Shown here piece after piece: positions 18,098 to 26,916 of a stretch of 44,844 nt of DNA. Both the position numbers and the translations under genes were made by a program. Numbering within the stretch: the stretch's first letter is position 1; every line of letters begins with the position of its first letter. The notes beneath the pieces are model-generated. The model searched no databases, had not been told where the DNA came from, and was given only the letters and a program-made list of their open reading frames with translations. The stretch covers positions 1 through 44,844 of the forward strand of contig JAYEOW010000016.1 in NCBI GenBank assembly GCA_034723395.1. Direction: 5' to 3'. The DNA is from Candidatus Margulisiibacteriota bacterium. Lineage in GTDB: Bacteria; Margulisbacteria; WOR-1; O2-12-FULL-45-9.

Positions 18098-18424
18098 TTA
18101 CGAAAACATGTTGTTTACTTGTCTCTGCAGGGTCATATCATGTTTTAACGCGTCTAAAAGGTTGTTAAAGATCAACCCCTGCTCTTCCTGCCACATCGTC
18201 ATCGCGGTATTCGCGGCAATCCCGTTCTTCTGGTCAGCCGTAAAATGGTACTGGCCAAAATTGAGGTCGGACTCTTCATTAACCAGGTCTTTCATCAAAT
18301 TAGTTAACTCACCTCTAAATCCCCTATAGAAATCGGCGACCTTATCACGGGTAACGGTCGAATTGATCTGATACCCGTCAACCTGAAGGGCGCTTAACGC
18401 TCCGGAATAAACATCTCCAATCAT
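18098..18424 (-). CDS. 108-aa helical protein, putative needle/inner-rod-like subunit
   Basis: AGGAGG RBS; C-terminus FNNLLDALKHDMTLQRQVNNMFS; aligns ungapped with its neighbour. The CDS is solid, the function is inferred. Confidence 0.55.
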   Translation of the reverse strand: MIGDVYSGALSALQVDGYQINSTVTRDKVADFYRGFRGELTNLMKDLVNEESDLNFGQYHFTADQKNGIAANTAMTMWQEEQGLIFNNLLDALKHDMTLQRQVNNMFS

Positions 18425-18457
18425 AATAATTTCCTCCTAATTAATTTTTTAACCTTG

Positions 18458-18513
18458 TTTAAGGGACCGCTGGTCCCCTAAATAAGGCAGGCCCCGGTCT
18501 CCCGGGGCCTTCC
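18458..18513 (-). other. Two tandem GC-rich RNA hairpins without a U-tract
   Basis: Minus strand AGGAAGGCCCCGG..CCGGGGCCTGCCT, then TTTAGGGGACC-AGC-GGTCCCTTAAA. Confidence 0.75.
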
Positions 18514-18518
18514 TATGG

Positions 18519-18845
18519 TTACATATTGAACTTGTTCATCGCGGTCTTAACCAGTTTGATCTGGTTTGTACCGATTCCTGATATGTTAGATACAGCAGTT
18601 TGAATCGCATCCTTAGCAAATTCTAAGAGCGCGACACCGCCAGTTCCTTGCAGTGAAGCTTCTTTTCCGCCCCACTGAATTGATCCTGCTTCGTGAGTTT
18701 CTGGGTCTCCATCCATAACTACGTCTGCAACTGCATCGTTGTCAGACACTTCATTAGCCGCAGTGATAACCTTATCTAAAAGATCCTGGTTACGCGCGTC
18801 CTGAAGGTTTAATGCGTCAACAACACTTCCTTGAAAATGGTCCAT
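18519..18845 (-). CDS. 108-aa helical protein, putative major needle/filament subunit
   Basis: Own sigma28-like promoter, AGGGGGTG RBS, downstream hairpins; C-terminus ALLEFAKDAIQTAVSNISGIGTNQIKLVKTAMNKFNM. The CDS is solid, the function is inferred. Confidence 0.55.
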   Translation of the reverse strand: MDHFQGSVVDALNLQDARNQDLLDKVITAANEVSDNDAVADVVMDGDPETHEAGSIQWGGKEASLQGTGGVALLEFAKDAIQTAVSNISGIGTNQIKLVKTAMNKFNM

Positions 18846-18887
18846 ATTTTTTCACCCCCTTTTTTCTTTGTTTCCCATCCACTTATA

Positions 18888-18915
18888 TTATCGGGTCGAG
18901 CGGGCAAAAACTTGC
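18888..18915 (-). promoter_or_regulatory. sigma28/FliA-like promoter 3
   Basis: GCAAGTTT-N12-CCCGATAA. Confidence 0.8.
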
Positions 18916-18916
18916 A

Positions 18917-19150
18917 TCAGACAACCATGTTTTGCTGCATCCCCGGGATGTTGCCGGTCGAGATCTGGGCGATCATGTTTTTAACGTCCTGAGGATCGAT
19001 CTTTAATTCGGGGCTCCCGCCAAGGTTCTTCGCGTCGAGCGCGCTTTTAACCCTGTCTCCCAGCTGGCCAAGTAAATTATTCCCTATCCCTTCCCGGGAT
19101 TCTTTTACCTGGCTGGTCAATTGTGAATTTATGTTAAGTCCTGTTTTCAT
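18917..19150 (-). CDS. Small hypothetical protein (77 aa)
   Basis: ATGA overlap with the upstream gene; fills the gap to promoter 3 exactly. Confidence 0.7.
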   Translation of the reverse strand: MKTGLNINSQLTSQVKESREGIGNNLLGQLGDRVKSALDAKNLGGSPELKIDPQDVKNMIAQISTGNIPGMQQNMVV

Positions 19151-19440
19151 TTGTTTAGATTATCGAACAACTGTTTGATCTTGCCGATCGATTCTTCGAT
19201 AATTTCTTCTTCGGCTTCGAGGAAGCTAAAAGGATCGCTGTGCAGCTCTTCTTTATTGCGGGTAAAGGCCAATGACGCGGCATTGCTCTCTTTTGCGATC
19301 TGCATTTTGGCCGCTTTTGCCACGCCGGCGATACTCTCGGCAAAGTTAGCCCCGTTTGTATTCTGGACGCTATTTACCGACTTTGCGGTCGATTTAACAT
19401 TTATTTCGTTATTATACGGTAATATACTTCCGATATTCAT
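19147..19440 (-). CDS. Small hypothetical protein (97 aa)
   Basis: Starts 1 nt after the giant gene's stop; MNIGSI N/S-rich start, NFAESI, acidic C-terminal helix. Confidence 0.75.
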   Translation of the reverse strand: MNIGSILPYNNEINVKSTAKSVNSVQNTNGANFAESIAGVAKAAKMQIAKESNAASLAFTRNKEELHSDPFSFLEAEEEIIEESIGKIKQLFDNLNK

Positions 19441-19441
19441 T

Positions 19442-22400
19442 TTAGGCTACCCCCGCTCCGCTCGTTTTAATACTGTTCTCTTCGCGAAGCGCATCTTCAT
19501 ATTGCTGCCGATAACTCTTCTTTACCTGGCTGCGGGCAATACCAGCCAATACACTAGGCGCGCGGTCTACCAATCCCGGCTTAGGCTGCTCTACTTCCCT
19601 TACGACATTCTCCATATCTTTTTGAACACGCTCTCTTCCCGCCCTAACAAACTTCTGAATAAAGGCAAGGATACTTGAACCAGGAGCTTCCTGGGACGCC
19701 TGAGCCCCCGCTTTTCTGGACGCCTCTCTAACCTCCGCTTTCTTAATATCTCTTTCTAATGATGTAATATCTTTCTGTAATCCCTGCAAATTAGCTCTTA
19801 AACCCTTAACCTCAGTTTCTACCCCTTTAATCTTTTGTTCAGCCAGTTTAATTCGATCGGTTATTTTCTGCTTAGCATGGATTAATAGTTTCTCTTGAGA
19901 TTCCACTGATTTTAACTGCACTTTTAACTTAGCAAGTAATACTTTATCCTGGGCAGTTAGTTTCTTCTTGGTTTGCAGAGCAAATATTTTCTTGCCGATT
20001 TCTGTCCTTTCACGCCGGAGCTGGCCGATCTGGACATCAGCCTGTTTCTGCCATGCCGCAACCTCAGCTCTGATCTTTGGCAGCTGAGTTTTTAAAGCGT
20101 TGAGCTCTTTTATTTTAACCGATAATTGTTTCTGGACCGCATCCCTCTTTTGTTTAAGCTGCACTAACTGCGCCTTAAGCTGCAGTGAGCTGGCCTTTGG
20201 AGCCGCCAGCCTTCTTTGCGGAACATATTTTTTAACTGCCACTGTCTTAACTTTTGAGCTTGAAATATGATTTGCAATCTGGTTTGCCTGCTTAAGCAGC
20301 GCCTGGGTCCTGGTATGAGTAGTTGTCCGGCTGCTCTGGTTTACCCGGTTCACATTAGTTGGAGTAGAAACCTTATTCGCCGCCGGGGCATTTAGGGCCG
20401 CGGCAGCCTGGGCGACCATCGGCGCTAATTTGGGGTCAAGCATCTCAACCTGTTTTAATATTTTAAGCGCGCGTTCTTTGGCAACCTTGCCTCCTCCCAA
20501 CTGATCTATTCCAGATTTGATCAAGGCTTTATTCGGCTGTTTAACTATGTACCAAGCAACATCACGGGCAGAATTTTTCGGATTATTTGCCATTGATTGG
20601 ACTTTTCTATTAAACGCGCTGATGTTGGTCTTCTCCGGAGTCTTTCTCAACCTTAAATAAGTGTCCGCGGAATTTTTCGCTTCGGACATAATGAAATTTG
20701 AGGTCTTTTCGCTCCGGGCAGCCACGTAACTAGCCTTCATATTCTCCTGGTCGATAAATGAGAGCGCTACTTGTGCTGCCTCGATATCAGCATCCATATT
20801 GTCCATTGAATTAAAATAATCCGAAGATTTCTGGGCAGACCGCTCTTTAGGGGCATCTGCTTTTTTAGCATTCTTGTTGTGTACCCCATCATAGGTAAGG
20901 TCAACCGTAATATCGATTAACCGGCTGGCTAGATTTAAGGCCGCGATAACCCGATTGAACTTACCAATATCCTTGCCAATCGTGGTCATATTCTTACCTT
21001 TAAAAAACGATCTTTTATCTTTTACCCAGAAGCTTTTCCCCTTGGTCAATATCTTGTGCTCCGCCTTCATCCGGGCATTATAGGCGCTTAATCCAATCGT
21101 AGCTAAGCTTACTGCCGTCCTAATAGATGATAAAATAACGCCGCTGATTGCCCCTTTGATCTGATTACGCCGTTCAATTATACTGTCTAGCGCGCCCTTT
21201 AACGAATCGAGCATCGAAAGGGCGACCGATTTATGGTCGTTAAGCGAATCTTTACCAAAGTCTTTGCGCGGCATGCTCTTACCCGAAAAGCGCGCTTTTG
21301 CCTGCGACTTGGCATCGGTAAGGATACTGCGGGCAACGGCAATCGCTTCTCTAACATTATATAAAGCCTTCATCCGGCCCGAGAGTTTCGAAGCTTCCGG
21401 GCTAACCATCATAAAGGTGCTGTCGATGCTCGTCATCAGCGAAGAGTTCATCTCCAGCATGATCTCGTATTCCATCTTATCCATCCTGGAATCAATACCT
21501 GCTTCGTTATTAACTCTGCGCCCGGTTTTATCTACGGTAGTTTTTGCTTCATACCCTTTTAAACTACCGTAATCATTTTTACCTAAGGTAATCGACGCGG
21601 TAATCAACGATGCTAATGAGTTGGTCAGTGACATTAATCCGCTGGTTAGTCCCATACATGCCTTATGAAATGTGATTAAACCTGAAGTTGTAGAATTAAG
21701 CGTGGCTGCTCCGCCAACCCCACCAACTATAGCAAACACCGCGTTAACCCCAAACGTAGCCGCGGCCATTTTCATCGCTTTTTCCTTGTCGCGGGCGCGG
21801 TTCATAACCTTTACTTTTTCCTGCAATGCCCTGACGATATTGCTGACCACCTTCATCGCGGTGCTGAAAGAGGCCTGGTTAGTAGATTTTGAAAGTTCGC
21901 CTTGAGTGCTTAAAGTCTGGCCGGTAAACTCCTGTTTTACGATCATCCGGAGCTCAGAAGATAGCGCTCTCGCCTTAGCCAGCGCCTCTTTTGCGGCATA
22001 GATCCTGCCGATCCGCGAATAGACGCTAGTTACCAGAGAGAAATTGACTCCGTAGTAACCGTCGCCGCTCGAAACGATCCCATGCTCCATTAACTCCTGG
22101 TAAGCTTTAAGTTCTATCGCGTCTAACTTTGCTTCGACCGATTTTGCCCCGCGAGAGCGGAGAATATTATCCAGATCTTCGCTTACAACATTAAATGCCC
22201 CTTTGATCTTGTTGTGGTCCCTGACCGCAGTGTACAATTGAAATGCAGCAGAAGATAATGCAGAAACAATCCCCATATACACTCCCCATAAAGCGGGACT
22301 GATTATATATCCAAGAACGGCGCCCAAAGCAGCGCCGGCAACCGAAATTGCCGCCCCTCTCATCGCATCTTTTGCCCCGATGTCGGCTTGCAGCTTCATA

Positions 22401-24958
22401 TTTTTAGCGATCACTACTTCCTGATGATGGAACTTGATCGCGGAGAGGAGCGTCTGCCGCTGCATCATAATATTTTCAACCGCGTTCTGCAGGAGCGCCT
22501 CCCCGGAATTAGCAGAAGAACTTCCGGTAAATTCAGAATCGGCGACCCTTCTAAGGTCTCGGCTGTTCTTGATCAGTGAGAAGATCGACCGGACCGCGTT
22601 ATCCATCATCTTCAGCTTCATCTCATAGGCGGCAAACTGCTTTGTATTTAAGAAATAGAAATCATCACCGGTCTGGCCAAGCATCCCGTTATTGTAGGCG
22701 GCCGCTCTTACCGTTGCCTTCTGCTCCATCTCGATCTCATCAAGCACATCTAAAATAGCATCCCCATGGCCTTTCTTCTCAGTGATCGGTTCGTTGTAAT
22801 GCGCTTCGATCGGATTATATTCCTTAATCCTCGAAGCTTCATAAGTCCCGATCGCGTTCATCAATCCGCCGGCAAGACCGCAAACCGCGGCAACCAGCAT
22901 TGCCATTGCCGGAGCTGTCGCACCGAGCGAGTAGATCGAAACTGCTACAGCGGCGATCGTTAAGACAACCGCGGCCAAGCGGAAAGGGCGCGCCCTTAAA
23001 AGCTGCTGGTAGTTCTTTAGTAATTGAACATTGGTATTATGGAGCTTGCTCTTTAACATCAGCTGAGAAGCGGTAGCGTCAAATACCTGGGTAGCGTGGC
23101 CAAGCGCGGATTCGGCGGACTGCATCAGCATTTCGGCGTCATTCTTGATCCCCGAAAGGCCGGTAAATTTCTCCCGGGCAATATTCCTCATATCCCTGCC
23201 GAGCATTTTGATCGACAGGTAAGAACGAATGCCATTTTGTGAAGCAACCAATCCACCGCGGTAATCCGCGAGCATCCCCTCAATATCAAGGGTCATATAT
23301 TCCGCACCTTCAGCAAAGTCGTACTCACTGCTATCCGCCCATTTCACAAAACCATATGCCATCCCGACGACCGGAATAAAAGATAAGACCGGCCCAAGAA
23401 CATATTGCCACTTGCCCGTCTTCTCAAGGAGTTCATTTAACTTATTGACACCCTTCTCAGTGCCTTTCGAAAGTTCTTCCAGGCCACGGCCAGCCCAGTA
23501 TCCGATGCTGTACTTACGGCCGGTTTTCGCGTACCATTCTCTCGAATCATTGTTCCACTGGCAAATCCACCAGACAACCACATCACCGACCTCCTGCATA
23601 AGCCGCCCGATCTTTTTCATCAAATCCAGCGCGATGCGCGGCAAGGCAGCCATGAAATCAGCCGCCACACTGCCAATTTTGAATATTTGCGCTAATCCCC
23701 ATAATACCCCGGTCTTCTCCATCGCCTTACAAACCGCGTTATTCATGCCGCTTATGGATGACCAGATCCCTTTCCAATCAAACTTTCCCAGGGATTTCCA
23801 GAACTTCTTGAAATTCTTCCGGAAGCCCTTTGGATTGTCCTTCTCGATCTTATCTAGATTCTTCTGGACCTCAGCCAGCCCCTTATCGACTTCCGCATTC
23901 ATCTCATCGATCTTAGCGCTGAATGCCTTTAAGCTCTTGACCATTCCCAGAGCCATCATGTTCATATCGCCGCTGGCAAAACACTGGGTGATCAGGGCAA
24001 TTACCGAGTTAATTACCCCCTGCATTGCAGCTAGGGTTTTCTGGGTCGTTTTATAATATTTCTCCGACTCCTTAAGCGCCATCCTGGTCTTCTTCATGTC
24101 GTTTTTGCCGCCGGTAAAGAAGTTCCCAACCTTATCGTACCACTTGTTGTACTTATTCTTGATCTTCGCCATTTTATCGTTGTATATCTTTAAATTATCG
24201 GTATTTATCTTCTCGAACAGCTTAGCGACCGCTACTTGAGACATCTTTTGAAGGATCCTGATCTTGCGGGCGAAGGTCTCTTTGTAGGAGTATTTATCAT
24301 CCTGGATCGGCTCGCCGGTAAACGCCTCTTCAACCAGCTTCTTGGTCTCGAACTGATTTCCAATCGCAATTAAAAGTGCGGCTAATATATTAGCGCGGGT
24401 TATGATATATTTTGTCCATTCTTCCAGCTTCTCAGGATCCGGCTCCCAGTAACCATCTTCATTCTGGACCATATAATCTTCTTCGGTAAATTCGAGCACT
24501 TTGTCAGTGAGGTCGCCGTCCAGGTTATCCGCGGTATCGATCGCCCCGCCCATTCCACTGGTTTCGTCACCGCTATCTGCCGGTGAGGTTCCATTGGTAC
24601 CGTTAGTTCCGCTGGCGCCATCGGCAGGATCGCTCGGGCTTGGATTTGGCGGTGGCGGAGGCGGAGGAGCCTCTTTGGTCTTTCCTCCGTTAACTAAATC
24701 ATGGTATTCGGAAGAGTTTTCGATATATTGTTCTTCAACCGCTTCCTGAACAGTTTTGGACTGCAAAGCCGCATTGGCCTGGGTGGAATTAAGAGGGGGT
24801 CCCGAGATCTGTGCTTTATCAGTTGCTTCCGCAATCGCTACTTCGAGGGTATCCGAAACAAGAAAATTAGGCTGCGCTCCGGCGCCCGCAAGCCGTTCCT
24901 CGGCTTCAAGCATAGCTCTTTGCAGCTCTATTACATTATTTACGTTTGGAGGATTCAT
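19442..24958 (-). CDS. 1838-aa helical repeat protein with multiple hydrophobic hairpins (translocator-like) and C-terminal coiled coil
   Basis: F(T/S)G-anchored repeats at aa 213, 598, 810, 1011 and 1224; G/A-rich hydrophobic pairs; poly-Pro N-region; no signal peptide seen. Confidence 0.8.
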   Translation of the reverse strand: MNPPNVNNVIELQRAMLEAEERLAGAGAQPNFLVSDTLEVAIAEATDKAQISGPPLNSTQANAALQSKTVQEAVEEQYIENSSEYHDLVNGGKTKEAPPPPPPPNPSPSDPADGASGTNGTNGTSPADSGDETSGMGGAIDTADNLDGDLTDKVLEFTEEDYMVQNEDGYWEPDPEKLEEWTKYIITRANILAALLIAIGNQFETKKLVEEAFTGEPIQDDKYSYKETFARKIRILQKMSQVAVAKLFEKINTDNLKIYNDKMAKIKNKYNKWYDKVGNFFTGGKNDMKKTRMALKESEKYYKTTQKTLAAMQGVINSVIALITQCFASGDMNMMALGMVKSLKAFSAKIDEMNAEVDKGLAEVQKNLDKIEKDNPKGFRKNFKKFWKSLGKFDWKGIWSSISGMNNAVCKAMEKTGVLWGLAQIFKIGSVAADFMAALPRIALDLMKKIGRLMQEVGDVVVWWICQWNNDSREWYAKTGRKYSIGYWAGRGLEELSKGTEKGVNKLNELLEKTGKWQYVLGPVLSFIPVVGMAYGFVKWADSSEYDFAEGAEYMTLDIEGMLADYRGGLVASQNGIRSYLSIKMLGRDMRNIAREKFTGLSGIKNDAEMLMQSAESALGHATQVFDATASQLMLKSKLHNTNVQLLKNYQQLLRARPFRLAAVVLTIAAVAVSIYSLGATAPAMAMLVAAVCGLAGGLMNAIGTYEASRIKEYNPIEAHYNEPITEKKGHGDAILDVLDEIEMEQKATVRAAAYNNGMLGQTGDDFYFLNTKQFAAYEMKLKMMDNAVRSIFSLIKNSRDLRRVADSEFTGSSSANSGEALLQNAVENIMMQRQTLLSAIKFHHQEVVIAKNMKLQADIGAKDAMRGAAISVAGAALGAVLGYIISPALWGVYMGIVSALSSAAFQLYTAVRDHNKIKGAFNVVSEDLDNILRSRGAKSVEAKLDAIELKAYQELMEHGIVSSGDGYYGVNFSLVTSVYSRIGRIYAAKEALAKARALSSELRMIVKQEFTGQTLSTQGELSKSTNQASFSTAMKVVSNIVRALQEKVKVMNRARDKEKAMKMAAATFGVNAVFAIVGGVGGAATLNSTTSGLITFHKACMGLTSGLMSLTNSLASLITASITLGKNDYGSLKGYEAKTTVDKTGRRVNNEAGIDSRMDKMEYEIMLEMNSSLMTSIDSTFMMVSPEASKLSGRMKALYNVREAIAVARSILTDAKSQAKARFSGKSMPRKDFGKDSLNDHKSVALSMLDSLKGALDSIIERRNQIKGAISGVILSSIRTAVSLATIGLSAYNARMKAEHKILTKGKSFWVKDKRSFFKGKNMTTIGKDIGKFNRVIAALNLASRLIDITVDLTYDGVHNKNAKKADAPKERSAQKSSDYFNSMDNMDADIEAAQVALSFIDQENMKASYVAARSEKTSNFIMSEAKNSADTYLRLRKTPEKTNISAFNRKVQSMANNPKNSARDVAWYIVKQPNKALIKSGIDQLGGGKVAKERALKILKQVEMLDPKLAPMVAQAAAALNAPAANKVSTPTNVNRVNQSSRTTTHTRTQALLKQANQIANHISSSKVKTVAVKKYVPQRRLAAPKASSLQLKAQLVQLKQKRDAVQKQLSVKIKELNALKTQLPKIRAEVAAWQKQADVQIGQLRRERTEIGKKIFALQTKKKLTAQDKVLLAKLKVQLKSVESQEKLLIHAKQKITDRIKLAEQKIKGVETEVKGLRANLQGLQKDITSLERDIKKAEVREASRKAGAQASQEAPGSSILAFIQKFVRAGRERVQKDMENVVREVEQPKPGLVDRAPSVLAGIARSQVKKSYRQQYEDALREENSIKTSGAGVA

Positions 24959-24967
24959 CTATAATAT

Positions 24968-24995
24968 ATATCGTGGTTTGAAGGGTAAAACTTGC
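24968..24995 (-). promoter_or_regulatory. sigma28/FliA-like promoter 4
   Basis: GCAAGTTT-N12-CACGATAT, 9 nt before the ATG at 24958. Confidence 0.8.
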
Positions 24996-25009
24996 ATCAA
25001 AAAGGGGGA

Positions 25010-26152
25010 TTATCTACGGGTATTAACCGACGGTTTTGGCGGTGCTGGAGGGACTCGGACGGGAATAGCTGGACCTCCGGCAGGCTGTGTTTTAGTTTGC
25101 ACCTTCATCGCATCCCGATTTTGCTTGATAAATGTCCTTAATTGGGTCGCGCTTGCGCCGCTTTTATACTCTGATACCAGTTTTTTAAACTTAGGACTCC
25201 CCGGGTTAAAATCGTCCATTATCTCAGCGTATCTCTCTCCAACCTTCCATTGCAATCCATTGATTATCTTTACGGTATTACTAAAAGCCTCAAAATCGGC
25301 CTTTGTAACCCCTTTTTTATCCCCTTTTTCTCCTAAGACAAACTTAGCAAACAACGTTCTTGTAAAGACGCGCGAAAGGAGCGGATCCTTGTGCAGGCCC
25401 TTAAGAACATCAACCGAGATGCTTTTCTTTAACGCGTGCAGGTAGAGCTTATTAAACAGCGCGGCTCCCATTAACCGGTTGAATTTCTTCTGCAATGCCG
25501 GGGTTAATGAATCATAACGCTCATGTAACTTACGTTCCAAATCCCGCCCTTTAAGCTTCTCTTTAAAGCCGCGATCTTTCAAATAGGCGAGAATTCGCTT
25601 GGCTTCACCTTTGTGCCAATGGAAAATTGCTTTCCTATTCCTATCCCTAGCCACAAATCCACGCATCTGGCGCGGAGCCGGGGTGATCGTTATCTCGGTA
25701 CAACCTCTGAAATATTCAAAATTGGTATTGGTAGCAATATAGAACTCTTCATAATGTTCAAAAGCCGAGAGCAGCCCGCGCTCACTATAGATCGGCGATC
25801 TACCGGAAAAGGCCTTCCATGCCGCATCGGTAATATTGGTATCAAAAGCTTTTTCAAAATTTTTTCTGGTAAAAGGTTTTCCATCTCGTTTACATCTCTC
25901 AAAAGCATCTTTTAATCGTGCCACTATCCCCATTCGGTCAAGGTCTTTTCCGCCGGTAACTTTAGAGTAAATCTCCGCAATTCTGGCCAACCGATCACTA
26001 AAAGATGTTCGTGTATTAGTAGGAAAAGCGGCAGTGTTTATTGGCGGCGGGGTTGCCCGTTTTGCCTGCGGCTCGACCGCAGGGGCCGGCTTCCGGCGCG
26101 GGGCCGGCGGCGGGATCTGTATTCTAGGTCTGGCTGCGCCTACTGCAATCAT
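25010..26152 (-). CDS. Hypothetical basic protein with Pro-rich termini (380 aa)
   Basis: Abuts the upstream stop, AGGTGG RBS; no recognised domain. Confidence 0.8.
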   Translation of the reverse strand: MIAVGAARPRIQIPPPAPRRKPAPAVEPQAKRATPPPINTAAFPTNTRTSFSDRLARIAEIYSKVTGGKDLDRMGIVARLKDAFERCKRDGKPFTRKNFEKAFDTNITDAAWKAFSGRSPIYSERGLLSAFEHYEEFYIATNTNFEYFRGCTEITITPAPRQMRGFVARDRNRKAIFHWHKGEAKRILAYLKDRGFKEKLKGRDLERKLHERYDSLTPALQKKFNRLMGAALFNKLYLHALKKSISVDVLKGLHKDPLLSRVFTRTLFAKFVLGEKGDKKGVTKADFEAFSNTVKIINGLQWKVGERYAEIMDDFNPGSPKFKKLVSEYKSGASATQLRTFIKQNRDAMKVQTKTQPAGGPAIPVRVPPAPPKPSVNTRR

Positions 26153-26380
26153 TTACTTTAAACCACCTTTTTTTATTAGGTCATCAAGCTCTTTCTGCTT
26201 GGCCTTCATCTTGCCCATTACTTCGTTAAGATTGCTCTCTGCAAGCTTAACTTCTTTATCTGCCTTAGCTTTATAGATATAAGCCTTAATCAAATTTAAG
26301 AGTGAAGAGACCAAAACCACGATCGCCACTCCTAAAAAGAACGATGTCCAATTAAAATTTTGTGTTATAAATTCAAACAT
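26153..26380 (-). CDS. Small single-TM coiled-coil protein (75 aa)
   Basis: WTSFFLGVAIVVLVSSLLNLI followed by a heptad-rich tail. Confidence 0.75.
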   Translation of the reverse strand: MFEFITQNFNWTSFFLGVAIVVLVSSLLNLIKAYIYKAKADKEVKLAESNLNEVMGKMKAKQKELDDLIKKGGLK

Positions 26381-26391
26381 AATTAAGTTGT

Positions 26392-26763
26392 TTACCTCAC
26401 TACTTTAGTTGGGACCGCTTTCCTCGACTGGGTTGCAGGCGACGGATTCTTAGTCGTCGCCAGACGTCCGGTATAAGTACCTCTCCGTTCGCCAAACAGC
26501 CGATTTAAAAGCAGACCAAAAACTGATCGATCCTCACCCTGAGACTGGCCGCGGCTGTTTTCACCGGTCGCTTTATCTCCGCCTTCTTGATAAATATCCA
26601 CGCCCTTCCCCTCCTCAACACAGTCGGAACCTCCGATTTTACTGAATTCTTGTGGAACCTCTCCTGATTTCCTTTTGAAATCCTGTCCATGTTTTCTGTT
26701 CGTGATTCTGCCGGGAAGATTAGCTACTACCGAGCCGGCGCTTCTAACATAATTAACTGCCAT
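26392..26763 (-). CDS. Hypothetical low-complexity protein (123 aa)
   Basis: First gene after promoter 5, GAGGTG RBS. Confidence 0.65.
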   Translation of the reverse strand: MAVNYVRSAGSVVANLPGRITNRKHGQDFKRKSGEVPQEFSKIGGSDCVEEGKGVDIYQEGGDKATGENSRGQSQGEDRSVFGLLLNRLFGERRGTYTGRLATTKNPSPATQSRKAVPTKVVR

Positions 26764-26783
26764 TATACTACACCTCTATCAAT

Positions 26784-26811
26784 CTATCGTAACAACTTGC
26801 AAAAAACTTGC
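26784..26811 (-). promoter_or_regulatory. sigma28/FliA-like promoter 5
   Basis: GCAAGTTT-N12-TACGATAG, with a second GCAAGTT inside the spacer. Confidence 0.75.
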
Positions 26812-26815
26812 ATCG

Positions 26816-26857
26816 AAAAAAAAGAGGGGTGCGCCATCTGCAAATAGACACCCCCCG
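26816..26857 (-). terminator. Intrinsic terminator after the PorV-like gene
   Basis: GGGGTG...CACCCC stem followed by TC and T8 on the minus strand. Confidence 0.65.
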
Positions 26858-26869
26858 TTATTCAAACAC

Positions 26870-26904
26870 TAAATTTCAAATGACAAATTTCAAATGTCAA
26901 ATGA
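26870..26904. repeat. Five tandem heptamers (CAAATTT/CAAATGA/CAAATGT)
   Basis: taaattt caaatga caaattt caaatgt caaatga. Confidence 0.85.
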
Positions 26905-26916
26905 AGGTCATATTAT

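Noticed and set aside
18098..18845. 108-aa pair as WXG100/type VII substrates (IQWGG, LNFGQ near the middle)
   Set aside because: Only one has a Trp, no EssC/FtsK ATPase is in the window, and the context points to type III export. Kept as a weaker alternative.
19442..24958. Giant gene as a phage tape measure, i.e. a prophage or tailocin
   Set aside because: No capsid, terminase, tail, baseplate or integrase genes are recognisable, and the block carries host sigma28-like promoters. Not fully excluded without profile searches.
23412..25445. Long plus-strand ORFs (214 aa, 229 aa) and similar antisense ORFs elsewhere
   Set aside because: Antisense shadows of well-supported minus-strand genes, with no RBS or motifs.
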